Shown: positions 1-9,161 of the stretch, piece by piece | Layout: every line of letters starts with the position of its first letter | Position numbering within the stretch: position 1 is the first letter of the stretch | Assembly: GCA_027031765.1 (NCBI GenBank) | Contig: JALVPN010000215.1 | Coordinates: forward strand, 1-23,113 | DNA length: 23,113 nucleotides | From: Promethearchaeota archaeon | GTDB taxonomy: Archaea > Asgardarchaeota > Thorarchaeia > Thorarchaeales > Thorarchaeaceae | Reading direction: 5' to 3' | Program-made: the position numbers and the translations under genes | Notes under the pieces: model-generated | Databases searched by the model: none | What the model saw: the letters and a program-made list of their open reading frames with translations, nothing else | Told to the model about the DNA's origin: nothing

Positions 1-136
1 GTCAGGTACAGCACCGCATGGTCAGTGTCGTCTTCTCTGTCATCTACGTACGCTCCTCTGGGACGATGTGTGCCAGTCACCACTGTCGCGGCAGGGCACC
101 GCTGCTCAGTAGAGTGGCCCGCACGTACGTCCCGTT

Positions 137-1642
137 TCAGATTATCCCTAGGAGCCCGGCCACGTCGCCGCCCAGTTGTGAGAGCTGCTCACGGGCAATC
201 TGCTCGTAGTACTGTTTGATGATTGAGACCATCAGCAGTATCCCGGTACCACTGGCGAGTGCCCCGAGGACATCAGCGACAGCTGCAAGGACTCCAATGA
301 GGAACCCGCCGAGTCCTGCGACGACCGGGATGTACCGGTCGAGGAGGCGCTCAAGCACCTTCTCACTGCGTCTGAAGCCGGGTACTATGTAGCCGGAGCT
401 AAGGAGCTGACGTGCCACGTCCCTTGGTGCGATGCCACTTATCTCCACCCAGATTATCGAGAAGCCCCAGCACAGGACAACCATGAAGAACGTATAGACG
501 ATAATGTGGAGCAGCCCGTCTGCCTCGTTCATCAGGCTCAGGATGCCCTGTGGTGGGGTTATGTACCTCGCCAGTCCGCTGGTGGCAATCATCCTCGTGC
601 TGTTCTCCTGCTGTTCGAAAATCCCTATCCAGTTGAGGAACGGGTTCGTACCATCAGGGTTCCAGTTCGTGAACACAATCTGTCCAAAGAACAGGATGTT
701 CGCATAGAGGGCCTGTGCGAGGATGACGGGGATGTTCGATGTGTAGAGCAGCTTGATTGGGTACTTTGCACGCATGCCCCTGTACTTGGCGTACTGCAGC
801 GGGATTTCCACCCTTACGGACTCCATATAGATGACCGCCATGAAGATACCGAAGGTGACGGTCAGGGAGAGCAGGCTCGGGTTCATCCCGTCCCTGATGA
901 GGAACCAGCTCACATCAACCGGTGGGCCGACGCTCGTTCCAATCCCGAACGTGCGCAGCAGGTTCGTGATCATCGCCGCTACAATCCCTCGTGGCAGTCC
1001 GGTCCCCTGCGTACCATCACCGTAGCCCGGTGGCGCCTTGTCCTCGTACTGGGTCACATTGAACATGTTGAACATGACCTGTCCGGCAACGTTCGTCATG
1101 ATGAACATTGACACACCAGAACCAAGGCCCCAGCCCTTCTGGATCAGCTCGTCAAGGAGGATGACCGTTATCCCAGCTGCGAACAGCTGGAGGAACACGA
1201 CAGTTGCCCTGTCAGGTGGCAGTGGCCCGTAGGCCTGTCCTACGATGTAGGCGATGGCCTGGAAGGCGGTCATGAACATCGCAAGGACCTTCTGCCCACC
1301 GGTGAAGAGGGCGCGGTCATCCGGGTCGCTGAAGTCGACATCGATTATTTTCGACCCGGCCAGCAGCTGCATCACGAGCCCAGCCGTGACAATCGGTCCT
1401 ATTCCAAGCTCCATCAGTGTGCCCCTTGTGCTGGCAAGGATGACCCGCATCGCCCACAGATAGTCCGTCCCCACGTTCTTGTCAACGCCATAGAGCGGCA
1501 TGTGTGACATGACGAGGAAGACTATCAGGACGAGGAGCGTCCAGACAACCTTCTCCCTGAAGGACACCTCTCTGTCGGGTGCCTTCACTTCAGGCATGAT
1601 CCGTACGAATGGTGATAGAGCTTGGAGGAACCTGCTCGGCAA
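137..1642 (-). CDS. secY: Preprotein translocase subunit SecY / Sec61-alpha
   Basis: 501 aa, multiple hydrophobic segments. Family motifs: REKVVWT, GTLMELGIGPIVTAGLVMQLLAGSKII, LLDELIQKGWGLGSGVSMFI, YPIKLLYTSNIPVIL, IVPGFRRSEKVLERLLDRYIP, GTGILLMVSII. TTG start; canonical position after uL15. Confidence 0.98.
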   Translation of the reverse strand: MPSRFLQALSPFVRIMPEVKAPDREVSFREKVVWTLLVLIVFLVMSHMPLYGVDKNVGTDYLWAMRVILASTRGTLMELGIGPIVTAGLVMQLLAGSKIIDVDFSDPDDRALFTGGQKVLAMFMTAFQAIAYIVGQAYGPLPPDRATVVFLQLFAAGITVILLDELIQKGWGLGSGVSMFIMTNVAGQVMFNMFNVTQYEDKAPPGYGDGTQGTGLPRGIVAAMITNLLRTFGIGTSVGPPVDVSWFLIRDGMNPSLLSLTVTFGIFMAVIYMESVRVEIPLQYAKYRGMRAKYPIKLLYTSNIPVILAQALYANILFFGQIVFTNWNPDGTNPFLNWIGIFEQQENSTRMIATSGLARYITPPQGILSLMNEADGLLHIIVYTFFMVVLCWGFSIIWVEISGIAPRDVARQLLSSGYIVPGFRRSEKVLERLLDRYIPVVAGLGGFLIGVLAAVADVLGALASGTGILLMVSIIKQYYEQIAREQLSQLGGDVAGLLGII

Positions 1643-1690
1643 GACTGGGAACCCCTTTCACGGTGTCTCTGCGAGGCTATCTCGGTGCTC

Positions 1691-1698
1691 TCTTAAAG
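1691..1698 (-). promoter_or_regulatory. Putative TATA box for secY
   Basis: Minus-strand TTTAAG (1697-1692) about 50 nt upstream of the secY start, inside a 244-nt gap that is otherwise GC-rich. Confidence 0.5.
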
Positions 1699-1886
1699 AT
1701 AGTGGTCAAGTGGTGGTGCTACCCCTGTGTGTCGGGGGCGGTTAAGAGTGGTGTGGGGACTGTAGTCCGTGTCCGGGCAGCAGTGGACTGGACGGCCCAC
1801 AGGGCCCTCATAGCCTGCCCGTTGGACTCGGGGCACTGCAATGAGCACTCATGCCCATAGTGGGTGTGATTCACTCCTCTCCCGGC

Positions 1887-2342
1887 TCACTCGGTGTCCA
1901 CAGGTAGGTCGACTGTCCCACCAGCTTCTACGACCTTTGTCCTTGCGGCCTCTGAAATCTCCCTCACACCAATGAGGTCAATCTTGTGAGTGACCTTCCC
2001 TGCACCGAGGACCTTGTCCACTCCCAGTCGGCTGACATCCACCCTGTACCGTCCGCCCTTCGTCGTAGCGACCCCCATCTCCACAAGCCTGTCTGCCATC
2101 GCATCTATCTGGCCTATGTTCATAGTGGTCTTCTCTTCGACCACCTTCTGGGGCCGCTTGAACCCGTGCTTGCCAAAGTATCTCGGGTTCTCGGTCACGA
2201 GTTTGATGTACAGGTGCTTCTTGGAGCCGGCCATCCCCTTGCCGCCCCGCTGTCCCGAGGCCCGGTGGCCCGCACTGAAACCGTATCCTGCAGACCGTCG
2301 TCCGCGCATCTTGTGGATCCTCTTCGGCCTCCTCTTCTGCAT
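1887..2342 (-). CDS. rplO: 50S ribosomal protein uL15
   Basis: KMRGRRSAGYG...HRASGQRGGKGMAG, FGKHGFKRP, NIGQI, KVLGAGKV. Start refined to ATG 2342 (MQKRRPK, after GGAG); the ORF track gives GTG 2354. Confidence 0.96.
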   Translation of the reverse strand: MQKRRPKRIHKMRGRRSAGYGFSAGHRASGQRGGKGMAGSKKHLYIKLVTENPRYFGKHGFKRPQKVVEEKTTMNIGQIDAMADRLVEMGVATTKGGRYRVDVSRLGVDKVLGAGKVTHKIDLIGVREISEAARTKVVEAGGTVDLPVDTE

Positions 2343-2390
2343 CTGCTCCTTCACTCCTCTGTGTGCCTGTACCTGCTGATTCCACTTGGT

Positions 2391-2942
2391 CTATGCCTTC
2401 TTCAGGCGCACCTCAAGCACGCCGTTTCTGATTGACGACCTCGCCTCGTCCTTCTTGACCTTGGCGGGCAACTCGACCGTCTTATGGTAGGGCCGTTCCG
2501 GGTTGTCGACGTCGATGGTCAAGGTCGTCCCTTTCACCCGCACCCGGATCTGGTCCTTCTCCACGCCGGGCAGCTCTGCCACCACAACGATTTCGTCGTC
2601 CTCCTCAATCACGTCCACTAGGGGCTCCAGATGTGGTGCGAGCCTGAACCCTTCGGCGTCAGGTGCAACGTTGCCGAACCGCTGGACTATCGGTTTCCCG
2701 TCCGGCCCAATCCGCATTGAGAAGCCGAACACAAAAGGGCTTGTATGCTGGATGTCCTCAAAGAACTCCCTCATCTTCTCAGGGTCCAGCATCCCCTCGC
2801 GCCTGATCTCTTCATCGATGCGTCCGAACATCTCCTCGATCTCACGCAATATGGACTCGGGAAAGAAGTCCCCCAACCACCTGCGGAACCTGCGTCTGGA
2901 CTCGTCGAACGGGTCGCCAAATGGGTCATCGTCCCATGACAT
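2391..2942 (-). CDS. hsp20: Small heat shock protein, archaeal Hsp20 (alpha-crystallin domain)
   Basis: PFVFGFSMRIGPDGKPIVQRFGNV N-terminal motif typical of archaeal Hsp20, followed by alpha-crystallin domain EPLVDVIEEDDEIVVVAELPGVEKDQI...VELPAKV...SSIRNGVLEVRLKK. Start refined to ATG 2942, after a GAGGTG SD overlapping the uL30 stop. Confidence 0.95.
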   Translation of the reverse strand: MSWDDDPFGDPFDESRRRFRRWLGDFFPESILREIEEMFGRIDEEIRREGMLDPEKMREFFEDIQHTSPFVFGFSMRIGPDGKPIVQRFGNVAPDAEGFRLAPHLEPLVDVIEEDDEIVVVAELPGVEKDQIRVRVKGTTLTIDVDNPERPYHKTVELPAKVKKDEARSSIRNGVLEVRLKKA

Positions 2943-2955
2943 GATCTGTACCACC

Positions 2956-3441
2956 TCATATCATCTTCTGTGCAAGCTCATTTATGCCTGTGCCTCTGTA
3001 CCCAACGACGCCACCCATCCCCACCGGGAGGTTCCGCTTGCCCCTGTAGCCCTTCCTCGGTGGGCTGAGCCTGAAGACCGGTTTCAGCCCCTCAACATCG
3101 CTGGTCGTGGCCTTGCCAGCCACAAGGGCCTTCGCAAAGGCCCGTATCGACTTGAACGGGGAGTTCTTGCGGATGTGCTCGTCAGTGACCCGTCGGTTGC
3201 CCGACAGCCTGCCACGCTTTGCAATGAGGAGCTCGGCGGTCTCCTCGTCCAACTCACCCCACGTTATGTAGTCCTTGGCCTTTGTTATCATCCCGCGGAT
3301 GCTCGGCGTCATCTTCAGCACCCGTGCGTGGTGCACCCTGTGGAGCTTGAGCTTTTCCAGCGTGTCCTCAATCTGTGGACGGACACTGACCCGGCCCCTG
3401 ATCCTGATGGCAAGTATGACTCCGTCTTCCTTCGCACTCAT
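2956..3441 (-). CDS. rpmD: 50S ribosomal protein uL30 (long archaeal form)
   Basis: AIRIRGRV, DTLEKLKLHRVHH, GMITKAKDYITWGE, KPVFRLSPPRKG, GYRGTGINELAQKMI. ATGA overlap with uS5. Confidence 0.97.
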   Translation of the reverse strand: MSAKEDGVILAIRIRGRVSVRPQIEDTLEKLKLHRVHHARVLKMTPSIRGMITKAKDYITWGELDEETAELLIAKRGRLSGNRRVTDEHIRKNSPFKSIRAFAKALVAGKATTSDVEGLKPVFRLSPPRKGYRGKRNLPVGMGGVVGYRGTGINELAQKMI

Positions 3442-4112
3442 ATCTCACCCACTCCTGTACCACGCCACTCCTGTGGGGGCAGCATCTTGTAGGTCTTTGT
3501 CAGGGCGTCAACAAACGCCTTTGCAAAGTTGGAAGAGGTCCTTGACCGCCCCTTGGTGATTGACCAGACATCGTGCAGTCCCGCTATCCTGAGCACTGTC
3601 TTCCCAATGTCTGCGGTCACGAGCCCTGTGCCCTTGGGTGCGGGCCTCAGCTTCACCCTGACGGAGCCGGCCGTCCCCTCTACCTGGAACGGGACGCTGT
3701 GCGGCTCACCACACCGGCACTCCCACGACCCGCAGCCCCTCCGGAACAGCGTTATGTTCATCTTTGCACGGGCCTCGGCTGCCCTCACTGCCGGCACGAA
3801 CTCGGCCGCCTTCCCGATGCCGATGCCTATCACTCCCTCGCCATTGCCGACGACAACCGTGACACGGAAGCTCTTCTGCTGTCCACTGTCGGACTGCCTC
3901 TGCACCATGCTCACATCCACGACCTCTTGGCGGAGGTCTGGGATGAGCGCGTCGACAATCTCGGGCTCACGGATCACATAGTTGTTGAGGAACACTTCTT
4001 CCAAGCTGTTGACGTGCCCCTCTTTCACAAGCCGTCCGAGGTGCGTCCTTGGCACCCACTCCGCAAGCGGGTCGACCTCGACACGTGGTGCCCTACGTCT
4101 CCTTCTACTCAT
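3438..4112 (-). CDS. rpsE: 30S ribosomal protein uS5
   Basis: WVPRTHLGRLVK, VQRQSDSGQQKSFRVTVVVGN, RGCGSWECRCGEPHSVPFQVEG, PAPKGTGLV. Confidence 0.97.
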   Translation of the reverse strand: MSRRRRRAPRVEVDPLAEWVPRTHLGRLVKEGHVNSLEEVFLNNYVIREPEIVDALIPDLRQEVVDVSMVQRQSDSGQQKSFRVTVVVGNGEGVIGIGIGKAAEFVPAVRAAEARAKMNITLFRRGCGSWECRCGEPHSVPFQVEGTAGSVRVKLRPAPKGTGLVTADIGKTVLRIAGLHDVWSITKGRSRTSSNFAKAFVDALTKTYKMLPPQEWRGTGVGEI

Positions 4113-4128
4113 CGCATCTCACCAGACC

Positions 4129-4902
4129 TTACTTCTTTCGCCCCTGGCCCTTCTTGCCTCTTCCCCTGCGGGCCACGAGTTTCTTCGGCTTGGGCTTCCG
4201 CGGTACGGCCCTGGGCGGCCTCTCTGTGGGGGCCTCTCTCGTCCGTTTCTTTCTACGACCCCGCCTGCTCACGGCCTTCGCGGGCGCTCCCTTGGCCTTC
4301 TTCTTGCCCTTCAGCTCGGGCTTTGGTATCTGGAACAGGGCCTCCTTGACCTTCTTCACCTGTTTTGGCATTGAAGTGACTGTGGTCTTTTTCTTCCCCA
4401 GCAGAGTGAACATGTGGTGCTCTCCAGGGTGCTCACTGAAGTACTTGAAGGCAGCGACTATGTGCTCACCATTCAGCCTCGCCTCGTCAGGGAGGACCGA
4501 CGGGTCGTGTGGTACTTCCAGACCCGCGTCCACCGCACCCTTGAGGGCTGCGTACACCTTCGACCCCCTCACTGGTGGGTGCAGTCCCACATCGAGTATT
4601 GCACGTTCAACTCCTCTTGCCCTGGCCCGCAGGCCGACGAGCAGTCCCGTCAGGTATGCTGCTGGCAGGTTGCCTGTCCCGGCAGTCCACCCGTAGCCCG
4701 CGAGCTCTGACGACACCGCGGACGCCACGGTCCTGTCACCGACCGGGTGTGCAGTAATGACCTGTGCAATCACCCGCGTGTTGGTCTTTCTGACCACCAG
4801 TCGTGGTAGGCCGGAACGCAGGAGCCTGGCCCGTCGGTAGTAGTCAGTCTTCCCCTCGCGTCTCCTGCGGAACTTGACCTTGTAGGTGGGACCGTGGGCC
4901 AT
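4129..4902 (-). CDS. rplR: 50S ribosomal protein uL18 with 65-aa basic C-terminal extension
   Basis: [61 protein letters not shown]. Start overlaps the eL19 stop (TAATG). Confidence 0.97.
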   Translation of the reverse strand: MAHGPTYKVKFRRRREGKTDYYRRARLLRSGLPRLVVRKTNTRVIAQVITAHPVGDRTVASAVSSELAGYGWTAGTGNLPAAYLTGLLVGLRARARGVERAILDVGLHPPVRGSKVYAALKGAVDAGLEVPHDPSVLPDEARLNGEHIVAAFKYFSEHPGEHHMFTLLGKKKTTVTSMPKQVKKVKEALFQIPKPELKGKKKAKGAPAKAVSRRGRRKKRTREAPTERPPRAVPRKPKPKKLVARRGRGKKGQGRKK

Positions 4903-5354
4903 TATGCACTCGCCTCCAGTCTGTGGTCTGCAATGTAGCCCCTCAGGTGCGCCACACTCCTGAACGCATTGCCCTTCGCCTTCAGGTAGAGTTCCCTGTA
5001 TACCTTCCTCGTAATCAGTCCTTCGTCACGGAGCCTCCTGAGCTCCCGTCGAAGGGGCCTGATCTTCCTCATCCAGCGTTCCTTCTTGCTCATTATCGCT
5101 GTGGCCTTGCCCTTGCGACGACCCGGCCCGCGACGCTTGCCCTTGCGTTTCTGCTGCATCTTGTACCGGGCCCGCCCACGGCTCACTCCACGCTTCGGCT
5201 TCTTCTGGATTGCGCCCTCGTCAACGAGCCGTCTGATGTCCTCCTTTGTGATTGCAAGGCTCACCTCGTCGATGAACTCGGGGTCTATCCAGACCCTCGA
5301 CTCACCGACCTTCATGACCTGTGCAGCAAGTCTTTTCTGAGTCGTAAGTCTCAT
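4902..5354 (-). CDS. rpl19e: 50S ribosomal protein eL19
   Basis: [63 protein letters not shown]. Start refined to ATG 5354; the ORF track gives 5384, overlapping eL32. Confidence 0.97.
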   Translation of the reverse strand: MRLTTQKRLAAQVMKVGESRVWIDPEFIDEVSLAITKEDIRRLVDEGAIQKKPKRGVSRGRARYKMQQKRKGKRRGPGRRKGKATAIMSKKERWMRKIRPLRRELRRLRDEGLITRKVYRELYLKAKGNAFRSVAHLRGYIADHRLEASA

Positions 5355-5355
5355 T

Positions 5356-6243
5356 TCAGTCCACCTCCAACTCGTCGAGGTCAAGCTCGGACAGGATCTC
5401 CTCCTCCTCGACCTCTGGCACCCCGGGGTTCAGTACGTGGAGCAACAGCCTGTCCGCAGTCCTGATGATGTCTTGGCGCTTCCTCTCACCCACCGTGCCC
5501 TCAATCCGCACGGCATGCACCGCAGGGTCGAGCCCATCAAGGTCTGCAGGGCGCGAGACCAGCACTTCGACATAGCCTGACGGGTGGACCCCACGCACGG
5601 CCCTGGGCTTGCGGTAACCTGCTGACACAAGGGAGATACGTCCCCTACGCTTCTCACGGGTCGCACTGTCAATTCCCCTGACCTTCCGCCAGGAGTCCTT
5701 TACCCTGACCCACCTGTGTGCCTGTTCGTGTCTGAACTTTGGCTGGCGTCTGCGCTTCTCGCGGGCAAGTCTGAACAGCCGCGAGGCGAGCATGTCCTGT
5801 CGTGTCAGTGGTCTTGTGACTGTGGTCTCTGGGCTGGGGGCCTTCTTGGCGGTGGTCTTCTTCCTGCGGGCCCCGCGCGTCCTCGCAGGTGCCGCCTCTT
5901 CGGCCTTCTCCCTCTCTTCCTTCTTCCGGGCCCTCCGACGCTTCTCTGTCTTGGTGGCCTCGGCCTTCTCCTCCACGGCCGGGCTGGCCGCAGGCGCCTC
6001 TTCTCGTGCCACCTCTTTCTTTTCTGTCACGGCCCCTGTTTCTGCTGTTTCAGCCAACAGTGCCTTTGCCGCCTCAATGAACTTGGTGGCCCCGGCCTCG
6101 CTGAGTCCCTTCACGCTTGCTGCAAGTTTCGCAGCGTCGGCGCGTGAGAGCCGCAGCACCGTCTTCATCCCGACCTCCCTGAGCTTCTCCTCCATTTTCG
6201 GCCCGAGTCCGGGGATGTCGGTGAGTTTTGGTCTCTTTGCCAA
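5356..6243 (-). CDS. rpl32e: 50S ribosomal protein eL32 with N-terminal helix-hairpin-helix domain and low-complexity linker
   Basis: C-terminal eL32 core (QPKFRHEQAHRWVRVKDSWRKVRGIDS, GYRKPRAVRGVHPSG, VGERKRQDI). N-terminal LTDIPGLGPKMEEKL HhH motif. TTG start 8 nt after an AGGAGG SD. Confidence 0.95.
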   Translation of the reverse strand: MAKRPKLTDIPGLGPKMEEKLREVGMKTVLRLSRADAAKLAASVKGLSEAGATKFIEAAKALLAETAETGAVTEKKEVAREEAPAASPAVEEKAEATKTEKRRRARKKEEREKAEEAAPARTRGARRKKTTAKKAPSPETTVTRPLTRQDMLASRLFRLAREKRRRQPKFRHEQAHRWVRVKDSWRKVRGIDSATREKRRGRISLVSAGYRKPRAVRGVHPSGYVEVLVSRPADLDGLDPAVHAVRIEGTVGERKRQDIIRTADRLLLHVLNPGVPEVEEEEILSELDLDELEVD

Positions 6244-6256
6244 TATGCTGTCCTCC

Positions 6257-6820
6257 TTACACTATTGACTTGACCACCTTGCCCTTCCGCTTCCTGATGA
6301 CATAGATGCCATCTAGGAACACCCGCCGGTCCTTGTCACGGATCTTCGTTGCAAGCTGGATGTTTGCTGCTGTCTGGGCGACTTCTTCGATGTTCAGCCC
6401 ACTGATGATGATGTCGTCCTCGGTCGTCTTGACCTCGACGTCTCCAATAATCCGTGCGCGACGCACACCACGTTCGCCAATGAAGTTCTTGATGATCACT
6501 TCTTTCCCCTGGACCTCGACGGTAATCGGGAAGTGGCTATACACTATCTTCATCTCGTAAGTATACCCGTCCTGGACTCCAACAATCATGTTCCGGACAT
6601 GTGCGATGATCGTGCCCACCATTGCACGCGTCCGCTTCCTCGACCTGGGGGTCCATGCTACGAGCTGATTCCCATCGATGCGGATGTTGATGAGTGGTTC
6701 GGGAAATGTACGTTCAAGTGTCCCCTTTGGCCCTGTCACACGAACCGTCCTACCGTCCAGGACCACATCGCAGTCCTCGGGGATCTCTATCCGTTTCTCA
6801 TAACTGGGCTTCTCAGACAT
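6257..6820 (-). CDS. rplF: 50S ribosomal protein uL6
   Basis: IEIPEDCDV, VTGPKGTLER, YEMKIVYSHFPITV, NFIGERGVR, DRRVFLDGIYV. Confidence 0.98.
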   Translation of the reverse strand: MSEKPSYEKRIEIPEDCDVVLDGRTVRVTGPKGTLERTFPEPLINIRIDGNQLVAWTPRSRKRTRAMVGTIIAHVRNMIVGVQDGYTYEMKIVYSHFPITVEVQGKEVIIKNFIGERGVRRARIIGDVEVKTTEDDIIISGLNIEEVAQTAANIQLATKIRDKDRRVFLDGIYVIRKRKGKVVKSIV

Positions 6821-6831
6821 CTTGAGGCCTC

Positions 6832-7224
6832 CTAGTAGACGTACGCCAGCAGTCTCCCACCAATGCCACGCCCCTTTGCTTCCTGATGTGTCATTACACC
6901 TTCCGGTGTGGTCACTATGAGTATTCCAAAGTCATATGCCGGCAGGAACCGCTTCTCGAACTTCTCAAAGCCGTCACGCTTCACTGGGAACCTCGGTTTG
7001 ATGACGCCACACTTGTTTGTCCGGCCCATAAGCTGGATACGGAACCTGCCCGCCCGGCCGTCATCAATCCGCTCGAACTCTCCAATGTACCCCTCACGCT
7101 GCATCACTTGGAGGACACGTTCGATGAGGCTTGAGGCCGGCTTCACTATCACTTCTGTCTTCCCCACTATCTCGCTGTTGTATATGGCAGACATTGCATC
7201 AGCCAGTGGGTCTAGCAGTGTCAC
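6832..7224 (-). CDS. rpsH: 30S ribosomal protein uS8
   Basis: [66 protein letters not shown]. Start refined to GTG 7224 (130 aa, GGAGGT SD). Confidence 0.97.
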   Translation of the reverse strand: MTLLDPLADAMSAIYNSEIVGKTEVIVKPASSLIERVLQVMQREGYIGEFERIDDGRAGRFRIQLMGRTNKCGVIKPRFPVKRDGFEKFEKRFLPAYDFGILIVTTPEGVMTHQEAKGRGIGGRLLAYVY

Positions 7225-7240
7225 TTTCTCATCGACCTCC

Positions 7241-7414
7241 TCAGTTGTACTTACGGAACCCCATCTTTTCTGCTGTTTCGCGGAAGCACCGCCGACACAT
7301 GTTAATCCCATATGAGCGGATCAGTCCGTGGTGAGTATGACAGCGCTTGCACTCCCTGCTGCCCTTCCCAATCCTCTTTTTCTTCTTCTGTCCCCGTGTC
7401 TTCTTCGCTACCAC
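7241..7414 (-). CDS. rpsN: 30S ribosomal protein uS14 (Zn-finger type)
   Basis: [10 protein letters not shown]...[27 protein letters not shown]. Start refined to GTG 7414, because the ORF-track start 7471 lies inside uL5. Confidence 0.96.
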   Translation of the reverse strand: MVAKKTRGQKKKKRIGKGSRECKRCHTHHGLIRSYGINMCRRCFRETAEKMGFRKYN

Positions 7415-7427
7415 TCCGACCACCACC

Positions 7428-8006
7428 TCAGAACAGGTACGTCCGCTCACGCTCCTTCTCAAGGATCTCAATCCCGAACTTGTTCTTGATGAACACCATG
7501 CTCTCTTCAGGTGTCAGCCTGTGCCTGTACGGGATTTTCCGCCGCTGTCTGCGGCGCCTCTTCACTCTGAACCCAGGGCGCTCGACACACACTGTGATGT
7601 TCATCCCCTGGACGCCGAGCTCCGGGTCGTACTTGACCCCGGGGATGTCTATGTGTTCCTTTATACCAAAGGCAAAGTTACCGTCCGCATCCCAGTTCTT
7701 GACGAGCAGAGCGTTGTCCTTGGCCTTCAGGGCCCGGGCCAGGAACTCCTCGGCGCGCCTGTGTCGCAGTGTCACACGTACCGCAATCGGCTCTCTCTTT
7801 CGGATGCCAAAGTCGCGTATTGTCTGTTTGGCCCTCGACTGGATGGGTTTCTGGCCAGTGAGCTGCTCGAGGATTGTCTCGGCCTTCTTTAGCGCCTCAC
7901 CGCCACCAGTGCACATGTCCACCACGACCTTTGCGATGCGCGGTCTGCGCATCGGGTACGCCTCCCAGTCCTGGATGTAGAGCTTCTCATTGGGCAACTC
8001 CACCAT
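7428..8006 (-). CDS. rplE: 50S ribosomal protein uL5
   Basis: [68 protein letters not shown]. Start refined to ATG 8006. Confidence 0.98.
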   Translation of the reverse strand: MVELPNEKLYIQDWEAYPMRRPRIAKVVVDMCTGGGEALKKAETILEQLTGQKPIQSRAKQTIRDFGIRKREPIAVRVTLRHRRAEEFLARALKAKDNALLVKNWDADGNFAFGIKEHIDIPGVKYDPELGVQGMNITVCVERPGFRVKRRRRQRRKIPYRHRLTPEESMVFIKNKFGIEILEKERERTYLF

Positions 8007-8008
8007 TC

Positions 8009-8755
8009 TCACATCCCTCCTTCTCCGAGACTCACCTCGGGCCTCTCGTCACCGACAACGAAAACGTAGTCGAGAGCTGTCTCAAAGCGCTTCCCGGACT
8101 CGTCCTCAAGGGTCACAGTGCTCGCATTCGTGCCGAAACGTCTGTTGACCTCTATGACCTTCCCTGTAATCCCGATGTTCTTACCACGTGCCACAACAGC
8201 AAGGGCCCCCTCTCTCAATGGGTAGGTGGCCTGTATCTCCTGCCCGGGCACCGTGATCTTCAGGGTGTCGAGGGTCCTGTACTTCTCCGGCGTGTCCCCC
8301 TCTGGGACCAGGATGTTCCTCCCGTCGTGGAGAGTGAGCTGGAGCCTGCCGCCAGGCACCATCATCTTTCGCTCTATCCTGCACAGCTTGTAACCCTTCT
8401 CAGTTTCGTCTATCCTGACCAGCCTGAACCCGCCACGTCGCTTCGGGAGGAGCCTGAACACGTCCCCGGCAGACCTTATCTCGACGACATCCATCATCCC
8501 GACGGGGAAACGTGGCTCTCTGCGGATCCGCCCGTCCACCAGCACCTGCCTGCTGTTGAGGATGGCCTTGACCTCCCTCATGTTCTCCGCATAGCCGAGC
8601 ACCTCTCTCAACAGGATTGCCAGTGTCAGGCAGTACTCCTTTGGGTGGGGTCCCGGCAGCGGCTTGGTGGTGAACTTTGCGGCCTTCCTCTTTATCGGCC
8701 AGTGCCTTGGTGCCGGCAACCTCTTCAGGTGTTTCTTTGCCCCTCGCTTTGCCAT
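8009..8755 (-). CDS. rps4e: 30S ribosomal protein eS4
   Basis: [64 protein letters not shown]. Confidence 0.98.
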   Translation of the reverse strand: MAKRGAKKHLKRLPAPRHWPIKRKAAKFTTKPLPGPHPKEYCLTLAILLREVLGYAENMREVKAILNSRQVLVDGRIRREPRFPVGMMDVVEIRSAGDVFRLLPKRRGGFRLVRIDETEKGYKLCRIERKMMVPGGRLQLTLHDGRNILVPEGDTPEKYRTLDTLKITVPGQEIQATYPLREGALAVVARGKNIGITGKVIEVNRRFGTNASTVTLEDESGKRFETALDYVFVVGDERPEVSLGEGGM

Positions 8756-8759
8756 CTAC

Positions 8760-9155
8760 TCACTCACTCTCCGCAGTTTGCAACAACTTGCTCTCAATCA
8801 GCCGCTTCCTGTCGTCATCGAGCTCAAGTTTGACTATCATCAGGTTTGAGGGGTGGATTGGGATTGGCACCTCTTTCCCATCGGCCCGGGTTGTCGTCGC
8901 GCTGTCGATGTACACCCGTGCAGCGCGGTAGTCCACCCGTGTCACTTTCCCCTCGGTGTCGCGGAACTGGCCACGCATGACCTTTACTAGGTCGCCCTTG
9001 CGTACAGTCAGTGCGTCCAGTCCGTACTCCTCTGCAAGGAACTCGTCGAGCTTGCACCTGAGCAGCCGCTTGCGGGCGTGGAGTGGCGCGTTGTACAGCC
9101 ACCGCCTCTGCTTTCGTGGTGCTTTCGTCCTGCTCCTCTTCGTCAACTCTCTCAC
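8760..9155 (-). CDS. rplX: 50S ribosomal protein uL24
   Basis: PRKQRRWLYNAPLHAR, VRKGDLVKVMRGQF, IHPSNLMIVKL. Confidence 0.97.
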   Translation of the reverse strand: MRELTKRSRTKAPRKQRRWLYNAPLHARKRLLRCKLDEFLAEEYGLDALTVRKGDLVKVMRGQFRDTEGKVTRVDYRAARVYIDSATTTRADGKEVPIPIHPSNLMIVKLELDDDRKRLIESKLLQTAESE

Positions 9156-9161
9156 CCTCTC

